A DNA stretch of 64,000 bases from a bacterium (GTDB taxonomy: Bacteria > Zhuqueibacterota > Zhuqueibacteria > Oceanimicrobiales > Oceanimicrobiaceae), in NCBI GenBank assembly GCA_046758365.1, contig JBHIAC010000003.1, forward strand, positions 18,019 through 82,018, read 5' to 3'. A program made the translations under genes and the position numbers. How positions within the stretch are numbered: position 1 is the stretch's first letter; every line of letters starts with the position of its first letter. Of the stretch, positions 47,866-58,943 are shown in pieces. The notes beneath the pieces were generated by a model. That model saw only the letters and a list, made by a program, of their open reading frames with translations, had not been told where the DNA came from and did not search any database.

Positions 47866-49062
47866 ATGGGAAAAGCATTACTAATAATTGTCATCGGATT
47901 TTCCATTATTTTCAGTGGAGTAATGTTTAATGTAACTTCCAATCATCAGCGTTCTGCCAAGGAGATTATCAAACACTATGAGAAATGGATAGCACACAAT
48001 TCAATAGAAAGCGCAAGCAACGTGGCGATTTCCAAGCTTTATCAGAACTTTAATTGGAATTCAGGATATACCAACCTTGCTTTCTATGGGGCCGACTACT
48101 CAGTGACTGTGACAGATATCACAGGCGACTCCGCAACCGAGGCAAAAAAGGTTCAAATAACTTCTGTTGCAACTTATAATAATGCAAGTGATACAACGAT
48201 TGCTGTTTTTATGCAGCCTGCCTATTCCTATTATTATTATTTTGTGAACAACTGGCCGCTTTCTTTGAAGTATAATACTGGGGACACACTATTAGGTCCT
48301 ATTCACGCTAATAGTAAGATTAAAATTAAAGGCGATCCGGTATTCATTGCTAGAGTTTCTTCGAACCAAGGCACTTACCTTCCTGCGGAAGCAAGCCCAG
48401 ATCCAAAGTTTTATGGGGGCGCAGAATTTGGAACCCAGATTATTCCAATGCCAGACTTGACTCCAATAACCAATGCAGGACTTAGTGGTGGTGATGTTTA
48501 TACCGACAAGCTCTGGCTCACCTTCTTTACAGACGGTACCTATCAGTGCTCAACAAGTGTTGTAAATACAATTAAGTCCATATCAAGTCACAACGGCATC
48601 ATTATGACTACAAGTAATCAGTATATTCACGTTAAAGGTGTGGTTAATGGACAGGTAACCGTTCTCAGTGATAGGGACATTTTCATTGATGATGACATTG
48701 TCTATGCCGACGATCCAAGAGTCAATTCAAATTCAGATGATTATCTTGGCTTAATTGCGGCTCATAGAGTTAACGTTGTTGATAACGTAGCGAATAGCTC
48801 GAACGTAGAAATTCATGCAGCTATTTTGGCGCATCATGATGAATTGAACGTGGAAAATTACAATATTGGGTCTCCTCGGGGAACTTTAACCATACTGGGA
48901 TCCATCATTCAAAATGACGCGCTTCCCTACGGAACATACCATGAAGGAACGCTTGAAACCGGTTATGAGGGTAACCATATTTGTGATATACGTCTTATTG
49001 ATAAGACGCCTCCTTATTTTCCGAGACTCAACCGAGTTGAAAAAGTATACAGAAGTGATTAA
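47866..49062 (+). CDS. PilX-like protein with beta-rich C-terminal domain (DUF4900-like)
   Basis: MGKALLIIVIG; GPIHAN, YLGLIA, G.L.I.GSIIQ, D.RL..TPPYFP. Confidence 0.7.
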   Translation: MGKALLIIVIGFSIIFSGVMFNVTSNHQRSAKEIIKHYEKWIAHNSIESASNVAISKLYQNFNWNSGYTNLAFYGADYSVTVTDITGDSATEAKKVQITSVATYNNASDTTIAVFMQPAYSYYYYFVNNWPLSLKYNTGDTLLGPIHANSKIKIKGDPVFIARVSSNQGTYLPAEASPDPKFYGGAEFGTQIIPMPDLTPITNAGLSGGDVYTDKLWLTFFTDGTYQCSTSVVNTIKSISSHNGIIMTTSNQYIHVKGVVNGQVTVLSDRDIFIDDDIVYADDPRVNSNSDDYLGLIAAHRVNVVDNVANSSNVEIHAAILAHHDELNVENYNIGSPRGTLTILGSIIQNDALPYGTYHEGTLETGYEGNHICDIRLIDKTPPYFPRLNRVEKVYRSD

Positions 49063-49212
49063 TGGAAGAAATCCTTTTTATATCAATTAATAAATAAATT
49101 AATTCTATTAAATTTGAATCAGATAAATACCCTGTCATGAGACTTGAAAGTTTTACATTCGTAAGAACATTAGATTTTTAGAATTATATACTGTAAAGAA
49201 AGAGGTATATAA

Positions 49213-51783
49213 ATGGAGACCTTAAAAGTTCTGAACAACAGATATCAATTTCTTTCGGTTATCAAGCGAGGGGGATTCGGTATAATTTATAAAGGCTACG
49301 ATAGTGTTTTGGGCAAAGACATAGCTATAAAAGAAATAAAACCGAATTTATTGCAGGAAGCGCAGTATATCGATCAATTTCAAATTGAGGCCCGACACGC
49401 TGCGAAAATGAACCACCTAAATATTGTGCACATTTTTGACCTCGTGCAAACCGAAGATAAAAAATTTTACATAGTGATGGAGTATATCGACGGACTTGAT
49501 CTAAGCAAGCTGTTGAAAGAAAGTCAATTAAGAGGAGAATTAATTCCCCAACACTTAGCCGTATATATCGTAGCTGAAGTGTGTAAAGCATTGGATTATG
49601 CTCACAATTGCAGCAGCACAGATAATAACGAACCTCTAAACTTAGTTCACCAGGATATCTCTCCCAGCAATATAATGATTTCAAATAGTGGACTTGTCAA
49701 GCTCATTGATTTCGGCATTGCAGGTCTGTATAGATTGTCAATTACTGAGAAAGACAAAATTTCCCTACAGGGCAAAATCCATTATATGTCTCCAGAACAT
49801 TTGAGTTTAGACACCCACCCAGATAAACGCTCTGATCTATTCTCATTAGGGCTTGTTTTATATGAAACTTTAGAGGGAAAAAGATTTTTTCAAAATGATG
49901 ATAGAAACGAAATTATAGAAACGCTAAGAAATGGAAAATTCAAATTCAAAGATTTACAACACACTCATAATCCATTACAAAAGGTTCTCCATAAAGCATT
50001 AGAAAAATCACCAGAGAAACGCTATCAAAACGCGAATCAGTTTTATATTGAGCTTGTAACTTACCTGGTCCTAAATACAGATTCATCTCAAATAGATACT
50101 GAGCTTGGTGAATTTGTCTCCAAATTCACAACTAATAAAAACGAAGAAAAGCCAATTAAAGGCAAGTTTGAAATCCATGATTCTGATAATTTTTTTGAGA
50201 CTGTTTTCGATGATTTTAAAATAGTCAATACAAGGGGCGGTGAAACTGAAATTCAGAACATCCCATCTGAAGAAAGTAAAAATATTGAACCTTACCAGAA
50301 AGATCTACACGAAAGATATACTTTTCCTCCAGTTCAGAAAGAATATACCCCCAGGAAAGATGATGGAAATTTACAAGATGACTTAGAGGGTGAGGATGAA
50401 ATTAAAACTATAATAGACGTGGTACGTCTTTCGACTCGAGGGCATAAAAAGCAATTCCTAAAGGGATTGATTGGCCTGATCGGGCTAATAGTAATCTTTT
50501 TTGTTATGGACATTACTTTTCAGTGGACCCAATTCGGTATAAAAATATATGATTATCTATTTCCCCCAGCGATTAAAATTTCTTCAGTCCCACCGCGTGC
50601 ACAGGTTTATTTAGACAACAAACTTTTACCCGGGGAAACACCGATCTCTATTGATAAAATTCAACCAGGGGTTCATGAATTAAAACTCACCGCATTAGGT
50701 TATGCGCCAATAGTAAAATCAATTCATGTACCAAGCAAGGGGAAAATATATATTAGAGGTGAGCAGAGTCGCCAAGGGAATCGACCATACGTTTTTAGGT
50801 TTAAAACTACAATAGAATTTGAATCTGTTCCTCAAGGGGCTGAGGTTTACATAAATAATATCAAATACGGACAAATTACCCCCTGCACAGTTACCTGGGA
50901 GGTTGGTGAATCCTGCCAGATTGAGATGCGTAAAATAGGATTTTCTAATCTCACTCACTTTACTTTGGATACAGAAGAGATGGTCGAGGATGTTGAAGAT
51001 AGAAGGATTTGGAAATTGGACATTAACCAAGAGCCTTATATTCGATACAAAATAAAAGGCGTCTTTGGTAAATTTATAACTATCAAATCAAACCCTTCTA
51101 ACGCTGATATTTATTTAGGCAAAAATCCTAATTCCATTGGAATCACAGGAAAACGAGATAAAATTTTCTTTTCGGCTACTTCCCATACTATTATCTTGAG
51201 AAAAAAGGGTTTTAATCCAAGAACGATAAAACTCAAAGTTAATGAATCTACACCTTTACAAATTTCAGCAAATTTATCTCGCCCAGTAAAATTCTTTGCT
51301 CAAGATGCCAATCAAGCGAGCGGTCAGGAAATAGGGGCTGTGATTACAAAAATTGTTAGAAACGATAAAATTGTTATTCGGGGAAAACACACCCCTTGCC
51401 GCATCAATTTACTGCCTTATACCTATTATGCAATTTTCTCCAAGAAGGGATACCAAGATATCAAGGTTCAAATATCTCCCACAGATAACTTCGTAATCGC
51501 TAAAATGGTCCCGTTAGAAGCAAGAATTACATTGGTGATATTAGATGAATTATCTGGTGATCCTTTAAGTAACGTGGAAGTGAGTTTCAAATCTTTGGAT
51601 AATCCAAAGACATCAGAGAAGATCTTTGATGTGACCGATATAGAAGGAACCTGCAGTGGGCGCTTACTACCTGGTTTATATGTATTTCGTACGAGCAAAA
51701 ATGGTTACAGCTATCAAGAAAAATCCATTATGGTACAGGCCTTCGATATGAATCTAATAGAATTTAATTTATCTAAACTATAA
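49213..51783 (+). CDS. membrane Ser/Thr protein kinase with PEGA repeats (module 2)
   Basis: GGFG, IAIKE, HQDISPSN, DFG; full-length paralog of 27268-29838. Confidence 0.93.
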   Translation: METLKVLNNRYQFLSVIKRGGFGIIYKGYDSVLGKDIAIKEIKPNLLQEAQYIDQFQIEARHAAKMNHLNIVHIFDLVQTEDKKFYIVMEYIDGLDLSKLLKESQLRGELIPQHLAVYIVAEVCKALDYAHNCSSTDNNEPLNLVHQDISPSNIMISNSGLVKLIDFGIAGLYRLSITEKDKISLQGKIHYMSPEHLSLDTHPDKRSDLFSLGLVLYETLEGKRFFQNDDRNEIIETLRNGKFKFKDLQHTHNPLQKVLHKALEKSPEKRYQNANQFYIELVTYLVLNTDSSQIDTELGEFVSKFTTNKNEEKPIKGKFEIHDSDNFFETVFDDFKIVNTRGGETEIQNIPSEESKNIEPYQKDLHERYTFPPVQKEYTPRKDDGNLQDDLEGEDEIKTIIDVVRLSTRGHKKQFLKGLIGLIGLIVIFFVMDITFQWTQFGIKIYDYLFPPAIKISSVPPRAQVYLDNKLLPGETPISIDKIQPGVHELKLTALGYAPIVKSIHVPSKGKIYIRGEQSRQGNRPYVFRFKTTIEFESVPQGAEVYINNIKYGQITPCTVTWEVGESCQIEMRKIGFSNLTHFTLDTEEMVEDVEDRRIWKLDINQEPYIRYKIKGVFGKFITIKSNPSNADIYLGKNPNSIGITGKRDKIFFSATSHTIILRKKGFNPRTIKLKVNESTPLQISANLSRPVKFFAQDANQASGQEIGAVITKIVRNDKIVIRGKHTPCRINLLPYTYYAIFSKKGYQDIKVQISPTDNFVIAKMVPLEARITLVILDELSGDPLSNVEVSFKSLDNPKTSEKIFDVTDIEGTCSGRLLPGLYVFRTSKNGYSYQEKSIMVQAFDMNLIEFNLSKL

Positions 51784-51942
51784 ATGACGGAGGTGTAAAA
51801 GAGTAAGAAGCGAAAATTTTTAAGTAGTAAAGGGCGTTGGATAGATCCCGTAGGATATTTATCCAACGGGATAAAAATCCCACGTCCTAAATATTGAAAT
51901 TAGACTGTTTGCACCAACGTCATAAATTAGGGGAAAACAATT

Positions 51943-54441
51943 ATGCCAAAATTAATTCTTAAAAGGAAATCGGAAATAATAGATGAATTTGTGCTGGATG
52001 ATTCGAAATCGAGTTATACTATTGGGTCAGATACCAACAACGATTTTATCATTTCTGACAAAAAAGTCTCCATGCAGCATATCAAGATAGAAAATATCAA
52101 CGACAGCTTCTATTTAGAAGACCTAAAAAGCGCTTTTGGAACTCAATTAAATGGGCGACCTTTACTTAATCGTGCCCAAATTGTCCATGAAGATGAAATT
52201 TCTATTGGTGACCTTACGCTTGTTTTTGATAACAAATCCAAGACAAATCTTAAGGTAGAAATGGTGAATAATAATGATGAAATTGAAATAATAGATGATG
52301 ACGATTTTGAAGACGCAATAAGTTTCGATAGTTTTATCTATTCAAACCCAAACATTATACAAGATCAAATTACTTCAGAAATTGAAAATTCTGTTGCCCA
52401 AACCTATGAAGAAGAGTTTTATGAAGTTGAAGAAGCATCCGACGACAATCAAAGGAAGGAATTTGAAGCCAGGGCGCAAAAATCAAGTAATATTTCATCA
52501 GACGAATCTTACTACTTGTTAGCAATTTATGGACCTTATTTAGGGAAAAAGTATGCCTTGAAATTTGGAGATACTAGAATTGGACGTGATATCAAGCTTA
52601 ATGATATCATCTTGCGAAAAAATGAAAAAGGAGAACTTGACCCCAGTATTTCTCGCCGTCATGCAACTGTAAGTTACAAAAATGGTAGGTTTTTTGTTAC
52701 CGATAAGCGCAGCAAAACCCGGACTTATGTTAACCAAATTAAACTAAGTCCTACCGACGAAGTACCTATCAACGTTGGGGATGAGATTGAAATTGTAAGT
52801 GATCAAAAAAGCACCATTTTTCGATTAGTCGTTAATGATCAGCTTGATTTTGCACTGCCTAAAAAAGCTGGCATCTGGTGGATTCGAAATAATCATAAGT
52901 TGGGCACAACGCTGTCCATTATTTTGTGTATTATTGCTTTGTGGGTTCTGGGGCACTCCATTAAGAATCGTGTAGCCATCAATAAAAAACCCAAAACATT
53001 GAAAGTCATAGAAGAAATGTGGTATCAAACTCATGATAAAATCTCGATTATAAAAAATAATGGAATTAGTAAAAATACTCCAATAGAAATAGGTAACCTC
53101 GCTTTAGCGGACCTAACAGGCAATAAAACGGTTGATATAATATTTAGTGATTTTTCAGGAAACCTGTTAGCCTTAGAGGGTGAGAGTAAAAAAATCATTT
53201 GGGTAAACAAAGACATTGGTGTTCAAAGTAGTATTCCCATAGTTCTTGCGGATTTAAACGAAAATAGCTTAGTAGATGTATTAGTCGTAGGCAATGATTC
53301 CCGTCTACGTGCGTTGGACGGTAGCAATGGCGCAGAGATTTGGCTCAGTCCTATTTTGGGAGAGTCTTTATCGGGGCCCCCCATAGTTTGCGATTTGGAT
53401 GGAGATGGTTTGCAAGACATATTAATTTGTTCTAAAGCTGGTCAGATTCACCTGGGCTATGGTGACATTTATACAATGAATTGGAAAACTATAGATACCG
53501 GGCTTGCCATCCACTCCGTTCCGTCAACGTGGGATTTGGAAGGCGATAGCAACAGCCAGGCCTTCCTTGGTACTGAAGAAGGTAAGGTTTTAATAATTAA
53601 CGGTGCCACAGGAAAAATAGCCAAAGTATTCGATTTTAATGAAGGCTTAAGTAAAGCCACGGGTAATTTATATCAGGTACACGGCATCAGAAATCCGGTC
53701 GCTTTAGCAGATATGAATCAAAACAAAGTGATGGATTTGTTGGTTAGCTCAACCACTGGAAACTACTTGGCCGTTGATAGCAAATCATTAACCCATATCT
53801 GGCATGAGCAATTACCCCTAAATTCTGACCTTAAAGCTGATAATCTAGCCCCCGCGTTAGGGGATGTAAACGGAGATAAAATGACTGATGTAGTTTTAGT
53901 TTCAAATCAACTGATAAAAATTATTAAAGGGTCAGCCGACCCCAAAAATCGCAAACAAGTTTTATGGGAATTTAGCCTCGACAATCAAGATGCATTTGTC
54001 ACTCCTGTCACTTTAGCAGATGTAAACAAAGATAAATCAAATGATATTATTATTGGTAGTAAGTTTGGAACAATCTATATACTGAATGGGAAAAATGGCC
54101 AGGTTATTGCCCAGATTAATAATGAAGGGAATCCACCCATTTCCCCCCTAATCGTGGCTGATATAGGAGGAGACAGCTTTCTGGACATTATACTAATGCG
54201 GAAAGACCTTAACATTTACAAAATTCAAACTAATTGTTCAATACAAAAAAATAGTGTAGTTTGGGGACAAATTTACAGTGATGCACAACACACAGGTAAA
54301 CTTAATTATATAAGTCCAAAAGCTTTGTCCTACAATTTATCTATGACAGCATCTGGGATCCTGTTATTTGGAGTTATCATTTTAAATGTCGCGGCCCGGA
54401 AAAAAAGACAGCTACGGCTTGAAAGAAATCAAAGGGCCTGA
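51943..54441 (+). CDS. FHA-FHA-TM-FG-GAP-TM protein (module 2)
   Basis: GRD...SISRRHA...KTRTYVN; DLDGDG repeats; paralog of 29851-32523. Confidence 0.88.
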   Translation: MPKLILKRKSEIIDEFVLDDSKSSYTIGSDTNNDFIISDKKVSMQHIKIENINDSFYLEDLKSAFGTQLNGRPLLNRAQIVHEDEISIGDLTLVFDNKSKTNLKVEMVNNNDEIEIIDDDDFEDAISFDSFIYSNPNIIQDQITSEIENSVAQTYEEEFYEVEEASDDNQRKEFEARAQKSSNISSDESYYLLAIYGPYLGKKYALKFGDTRIGRDIKLNDIILRKNEKGELDPSISRRHATVSYKNGRFFVTDKRSKTRTYVNQIKLSPTDEVPINVGDEIEIVSDQKSTIFRLVVNDQLDFALPKKAGIWWIRNNHKLGTTLSIILCIIALWVLGHSIKNRVAINKKPKTLKVIEEMWYQTHDKISIIKNNGISKNTPIEIGNLALADLTGNKTVDIIFSDFSGNLLALEGESKKIIWVNKDIGVQSSIPIVLADLNENSLVDVLVVGNDSRLRALDGSNGAEIWLSPILGESLSGPPIVCDLDGDGLQDILICSKAGQIHLGYGDIYTMNWKTIDTGLAIHSVPSTWDLEGDSNSQAFLGTEEGKVLIINGATGKIAKVFDFNEGLSKATGNLYQVHGIRNPVALADMNQNKVMDLLVSSTTGNYLAVDSKSLTHIWHEQLPLNSDLKADNLAPALGDVNGDKMTDVVLVSNQLIKIIKGSADPKNRKQVLWEFSLDNQDAFVTPVTLADVNKDKSNDIIIGSKFGTIYILNGKNGQVIAQINNEGNPPISPLIVADIGGDSFLDIILMRKDLNIYKIQTNCSIQKNSVVWGQIYSDAQHTGKLNYISPKALSYNLSMTASGILLFGVIILNVAARKKRQLRLERNQRA

Positions 54442-54492
54442 TAAGATATTAATAAATTTGATGGGTAACATAATAAAGAAGTTATAATCCAG

Positions 54493-54535
54493 TTCACCCC
54501 ATTGGAAAATGTGCATGTATATCCAATGGGGTGAA
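54493..54535. repeat. palindromic intergenic repeat (related copy at 51845-51872)
   Basis: TTCACCCCATTGGA...TCCAATGGGGTGAA perfect 14-bp stem. Confidence 0.65.
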
Positions 54536-54568
54536 TCTTGTTAATCCTGTCAAAATATGTGATTTGCT

Positions 54569-56494
54569 ATGCATCACTCAACTCTTACTAAAAAAATCTT
54601 GCTAGCCCCAATAATTCACGCGGTGCGTAAATCGGATACATTCTGCATTTTGACTCAAATCCGAAATGTAATTTATGAATTCTCGGGGCTAGTAAGTGGC
54701 TTTATTTGTTTGTTATTAATCGTTTCTTCACCTGATATTTTATTGAGCCAAAATAGTGCCGCTGATTGGTTAAATATCGGAATTAAAGCACAATCTTTAG
54801 ATGAAAAAATTCAAGCCTTTAATAACGCTATTAAATTTGATCCCACTTACGTTGAAGCTTATTATTATTTGGGTCTGGCCTACAAAATGAAAGGAGAATA
54901 TAGAGAAGCTGAATATACTTTGAATAAGGGATATTTTATAAATCTAAATGCTTTAAATAATGAAAATAAAACCAGAATTTTGTATGAACTTGGCACCATA
55001 TATTCCTCCCTTGGAAAAATAGAAGAAGCAAGAGATGCGCTCTTAGGTGCAAAAGGGTTAACTGATGATAAAACGCTTAGAGCCAGGCTGTGTTATGAAC
55101 TGGGGCAAATTTATATTAAAGAAGGAAAATTTGATAAGGCATTGCTTGAACTAAACGAGTGTGAAGCACTTTTACCCCAAAGTGCCACTATGATTGAAAG
55201 GGCTATTACCATAGCCCATGAAAAAAAATCCATTAATGATAAATATAACACTGCAATTTCCATGTTAATTTCAGAACGATTTGAAGAAGCAATTAAGTTG
55301 TTTAATGAAGTTATTAAATTAGACCCAAATTTTAAACAAGCTCAGCAAAAATTACAAGAAGCGGAAATTGCATTAAATCAAAATAATAGGTATAAAAAAT
55401 TAAATTCACTTTATGATCAGGCCACTCTCAAGGTACAAAACAGATTAATAAACGATGCTGTCAAATTATTCAAACAAATTGTTAATATAGAGCCAAATTT
55501 CAAAGATTCTAATGCTCAATTACAATATCTGCTAAAAAGATTAGATAAAATGTCACGGGATCAAAAAGTTGAGCGTTATTATAATGTAGGCGTTGCAGCC
55601 ATTCAAAGAAGAAATTGGAAACGGGCGTTAATAGCTCTGCAAAAAGCCAATAAAATAGACGGACATTATAAAGATATTTCAAGTTTAATCCAACAGATAA
55701 AAACTGCTTTAGAAAGAGAAGACAAAAAGAAGGCCAAACTCTACAATCAAGGAATTGCCCTGATGGAATCTGAAAATTGGGCCTTGGCTTTATCCACCTT
55801 TGAAAAGTTAAAAAAACTCGATGCCAACTATTCAAATCTTGAAAATCAAATTCAGAGCGTTAAAAAAGCTTTAGAGAAAGCAAAAAATAATAATGACTCA
55901 GCAATCGAGAAATTTTATCAAGAAGGTCTTTTTGCCTTACAGAATGGTGATTGGCTTCAAGCAGTTATAGCATTTGAAAAAGTACAACTGCTCAATCCAG
56001 AGTATAAAAATATACAAAACAATATGGCAGACGCACGTTTTAACCTAACGAAAAGTAATTTAAGCCAGATTCAGCCAGTTCGCCACAAAAGTTCCAATAC
56101 TATACTTATGATAGGGTTCACCATTTCAGCCTTTGTTTTACCCATCTTTGGTGTTCTGGTATTTTCACCAACCACTCGAGCCAGATTATATTTACTTCAA
56201 GGGAAATATGATAAGGCTGCTTATATTTTTGAAAAAATGCTGATAAAAAACTCGGGGAGGATTAAGCTCTATCCGCTTTTGGCTAATATTTATTTACTCG
56301 AAAATCGTCGAGATGACAGAGCCCTAAAAGTTTTTGAAATGATTTTGCGTCTGAACCTTTATACTAAAAAGAAAGAAGAAATCAATTCAATTATGGCAAA
56401 TCACTATCTAACCCAAGGTCGTACCGATGCTAACGCAATTAAAATACTGGAAAGAGAGTTAAGTGCGAAATTGAAGAATTTACAAAGCGATTAA
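54569..56494 (+). CDS. exported TPR-array protein with TM and cytoplasmic TPR-like tail (start uncertain)
   Basis: Signal-like hydrophobic stretch, many TPRs (YYYLGLAY, DPNFK, NPEYK), TM, LENRRDDRALKVFE tail. Confidence 0.85.
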   Translation: MHHSTLTKKILLAPIIHAVRKSDTFCILTQIRNVIYEFSGLVSGFICLLLIVSSPDILLSQNSAADWLNIGIKAQSLDEKIQAFNNAIKFDPTYVEAYYYLGLAYKMKGEYREAEYTLNKGYFINLNALNNENKTRILYELGTIYSSLGKIEEARDALLGAKGLTDDKTLRARLCYELGQIYIKEGKFDKALLELNECEALLPQSATMIERAITIAHEKKSINDKYNTAISMLISERFEEAIKLFNEVIKLDPNFKQAQQKLQEAEIALNQNNRYKKLNSLYDQATLKVQNRLINDAVKLFKQIVNIEPNFKDSNAQLQYLLKRLDKMSRDQKVERYYNVGVAAIQRRNWKRALIALQKANKIDGHYKDISSLIQQIKTALEREDKKKAKLYNQGIALMESENWALALSTFEKLKKLDANYSNLENQIQSVKKALEKAKNNNDSAIEKFYQEGLFALQNGDWLQAVIAFEKVQLLNPEYKNIQNNMADARFNLTKSNLSQIQPVRHKSSNTILMIGFTISAFVLPIFGVLVFSPTTRARLYLLQGKYDKAAYIFEKMLIKNSGRIKLYPLLANIYLLENRRDDRALKVFEMILRLNLYTKKKEEINSIMANHYLTQGRTDANAIKILERELSAKLKNLQSD

Positions 56495-56496
56495 TA

Positions 56497-58875
56497 ATGT
56501 TGGACATTAACCAGAAGGATGATCAGCAGGTTATTGATTTGCTGAAAGCATTGGGACGAGCCTATTTGGAGAACGGCGAGAACCAAAAGGCCTCTGAAAA
56601 ATACAGGCAACTTATAAATCAAGGAATAGAGGACCCAGAAATTCTGCGAAATTTTGCCCTGGCCTTAGCAAGAATGCAATCAATAGACGATAAGGCTCTG
56701 CATATTTACAAGAAAGCTGTAGCTACTGAACAAAACGATGAAGCCCTTTATTTAACCCTTTCTACCCTTCTTTTAAAAGAAAAAAAAACTGATGAGCTGG
56801 CACTGAAAGTATATCAACGGTCTCTAAAGTTTAATCCACCATTTGAAGAGGAACTACGCACGGCCCTAGAGAAAATTTTTCAAGATACCACCGAAACCAT
56901 CTCCATCCCAGAACTTCGGCAATCCTTGTTAGACAGTCATAAAAATCCAGAACTGCTTTATCTCTTTCTATTCACGTCATGGCAAGAAGAAAAATATGAC
57001 GAGGCGCTTCATATTCTTAAAGACCTTTACCTTCGTTCTCATCAAAATTCAATTTATTTAAATGCCATCTGTCAGACATTGTTTGAAAAAAAATCCAATG
57101 CAGAAGAAAAAGGCCTCGAAATCAGGCTATCTTCTGTTGATATTCAATACTGTTTAAAATTCAGAAACTTAGAGGAGCCATTTAGACGCATAAAAGAAAT
57201 CGAATTTTATCTCGATTTCAAAAACCTTTGCTCAGCATTACCTAAAGATTCGAAGAAATTAACCGGTTCTAATAATGAATATGAATTTTTCCTATCAGAT
57301 GAAGCTTTGGAGAACATTGAAGAAATTACAGAATCCAAGATTTCTTGGTTAGAAAGGGAGTCTTCTTTTAAAATTATCCAGAATTTTATTGATAAATTTG
57401 GTCAAATTAATGAAAATAATCAATCAAAGTGTTTCAAGAAATCTAACTTAATAAATTTGCTCAATTCAATAGCGATTTTTGAAATCCTTAATTTTAATGA
57501 CAATCCAGAAAATTCGCAATTGCCATTTTCAACCTTTCTTGATTTGATTTCACGCAATTTAGCGGGGTTTGATGGCATGATTTTGTGTCGAACAGAAGAC
57601 GGTCTTATTACATTTGGCACAAATCCCAATGAAATCATTACTGCAGCCGTGGATACTCTAAAACAATTGGAAAGATATAATCAGGTCGTTGAAGAATTTG
57701 AAAATATAGATATTCGAATTACCCTTCACTTGACTCCTGAGCCTTTGATTAAATTTGAAAATCAAGGATTGAAAGAACTCAGAAAAGCAATTAAAATTCA
57801 TAATATTGGACTAAGCGATAGGCTAAGCTTTACAATGGATTCGGGGAAAGATTTCTCAGAATCTAAATTATTGCTGATGAGCGAACCGGTGGTAGATTAT
57901 GTACAAGGATTTAGCTTGAAAAAGGTAGGTGATTTTAGACTGCCTCATTTACCTAACAAACATCCCATTTATGAAGTGCTTTGGAAAGACACAATTGAAA
58001 AAATCAAAATTGGATTAACCAAAAAATTCGGTAGGTTTGAAGTATCTGAGACAATTAAAGAAAATCAACTTTACTCCACATTCCGCGGTACCGACCCACA
58101 ATTAGATCGACCGGTCATTATTAAAGCTTATAAAGCTCAGGCCTTCGCAGGATTTAAAGATTTTACCCAATTGAGAAAACAATTTTATGAGGAAGTTAGA
58201 AAGTTAAACAGAATAGTTCACCCAAATGTTGCTGTCATTTATGATGCTGGTGAAGAGGGTGATATTTTATATTTAGTAAGAGAATATATTAATGGAATAG
58301 ATTTGAATCACCACTTAAGTCAGCAAGGATTGCCTGATGTCTATAAAACTTTAAAGTTTTATTTGCAAGTAATTAAAATTTTAGTTTATTATCATCAAAG
58401 TCAGATTTGGCATAAAAATTTAAAGCCAAACAATATAATTCTCACGCAACAAAATGACATCAAATTGGCGGATGGCGGGCTGCTGCAAGTGCGTCATACC
58501 GATAAAGTTTGGCACGATGATTTAGAGTCTCAATCTTATGCCTCGCCCGAACAGATACAAAGCTCAAAACTAACTCAAAGCTGTGATGTCTTTCTACTAG
58601 GCATCATGCTGTACGAAAGTTTAACTGGCACCCATCCATATTGGGCTCAAAATGCCTCGGAGGTTAGGATTAAAACCTTGGCCGACGACCCTGCGCCCCC
58701 TTCAAATTTAAGGTTCGACCTGCCAAAAGCTTTGGATGGTATTTTAGCTAAAGCCCTAGCCAAAAGTCCTGAGGATCGTTATCAATCAATCAATGAATTT
58801 GCTTCAGCACTTCGAGGGGTGTATGGTGAACAAGAAATTCCCAAGGAAAAAAGGTTATTTGAAATGTTGAAATGA
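56497..58875 (+). CDS. TPR + degenerate cyclase-like + pseudokinase (module 2)
   Basis: ALGRAYLE; IRITLH..GDFRL..YEVLW; kinase with HKNLKPNN, DGG, YASPEQ; paralog of 34692-37172. Confidence 0.85.
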   Translation: MLDINQKDDQQVIDLLKALGRAYLENGENQKASEKYRQLINQGIEDPEILRNFALALARMQSIDDKALHIYKKAVATEQNDEALYLTLSTLLLKEKKTDELALKVYQRSLKFNPPFEEELRTALEKIFQDTTETISIPELRQSLLDSHKNPELLYLFLFTSWQEEKYDEALHILKDLYLRSHQNSIYLNAICQTLFEKKSNAEEKGLEIRLSSVDIQYCLKFRNLEEPFRRIKEIEFYLDFKNLCSALPKDSKKLTGSNNEYEFFLSDEALENIEEITESKISWLERESSFKIIQNFIDKFGQINENNQSKCFKKSNLINLLNSIAIFEILNFNDNPENSQLPFSTFLDLISRNLAGFDGMILCRTEDGLITFGTNPNEIITAAVDTLKQLERYNQVVEEFENIDIRITLHLTPEPLIKFENQGLKELRKAIKIHNIGLSDRLSFTMDSGKDFSESKLLLMSEPVVDYVQGFSLKKVGDFRLPHLPNKHPIYEVLWKDTIEKIKIGLTKKFGRFEVSETIKENQLYSTFRGTDPQLDRPVIIKAYKAQAFAGFKDFTQLRKQFYEEVRKLNRIVHPNVAVIYDAGEEGDILYLVREYINGIDLNHHLSQQGLPDVYKTLKFYLQVIKILVYYHQSQIWHKNLKPNNIILTQQNDIKLADGGLLQVRHTDKVWHDDLESQSYASPEQIQSSKLTQSCDVFLLGIMLYESLTGTHPYWAQNASEVRIKTLADDPAPPSNLRFDLPKALDGILAKALAKSPEDRYQSINEFASALRGVYGEQEIPKEKRLFEMLK

Positions 58876-58943
58876 ATCAAGCCTTTAAATTAAATTAGAT
58901 GGGTGATGGTAGATGGTAAATGGTAAAAGGACCACTTTTTTAG

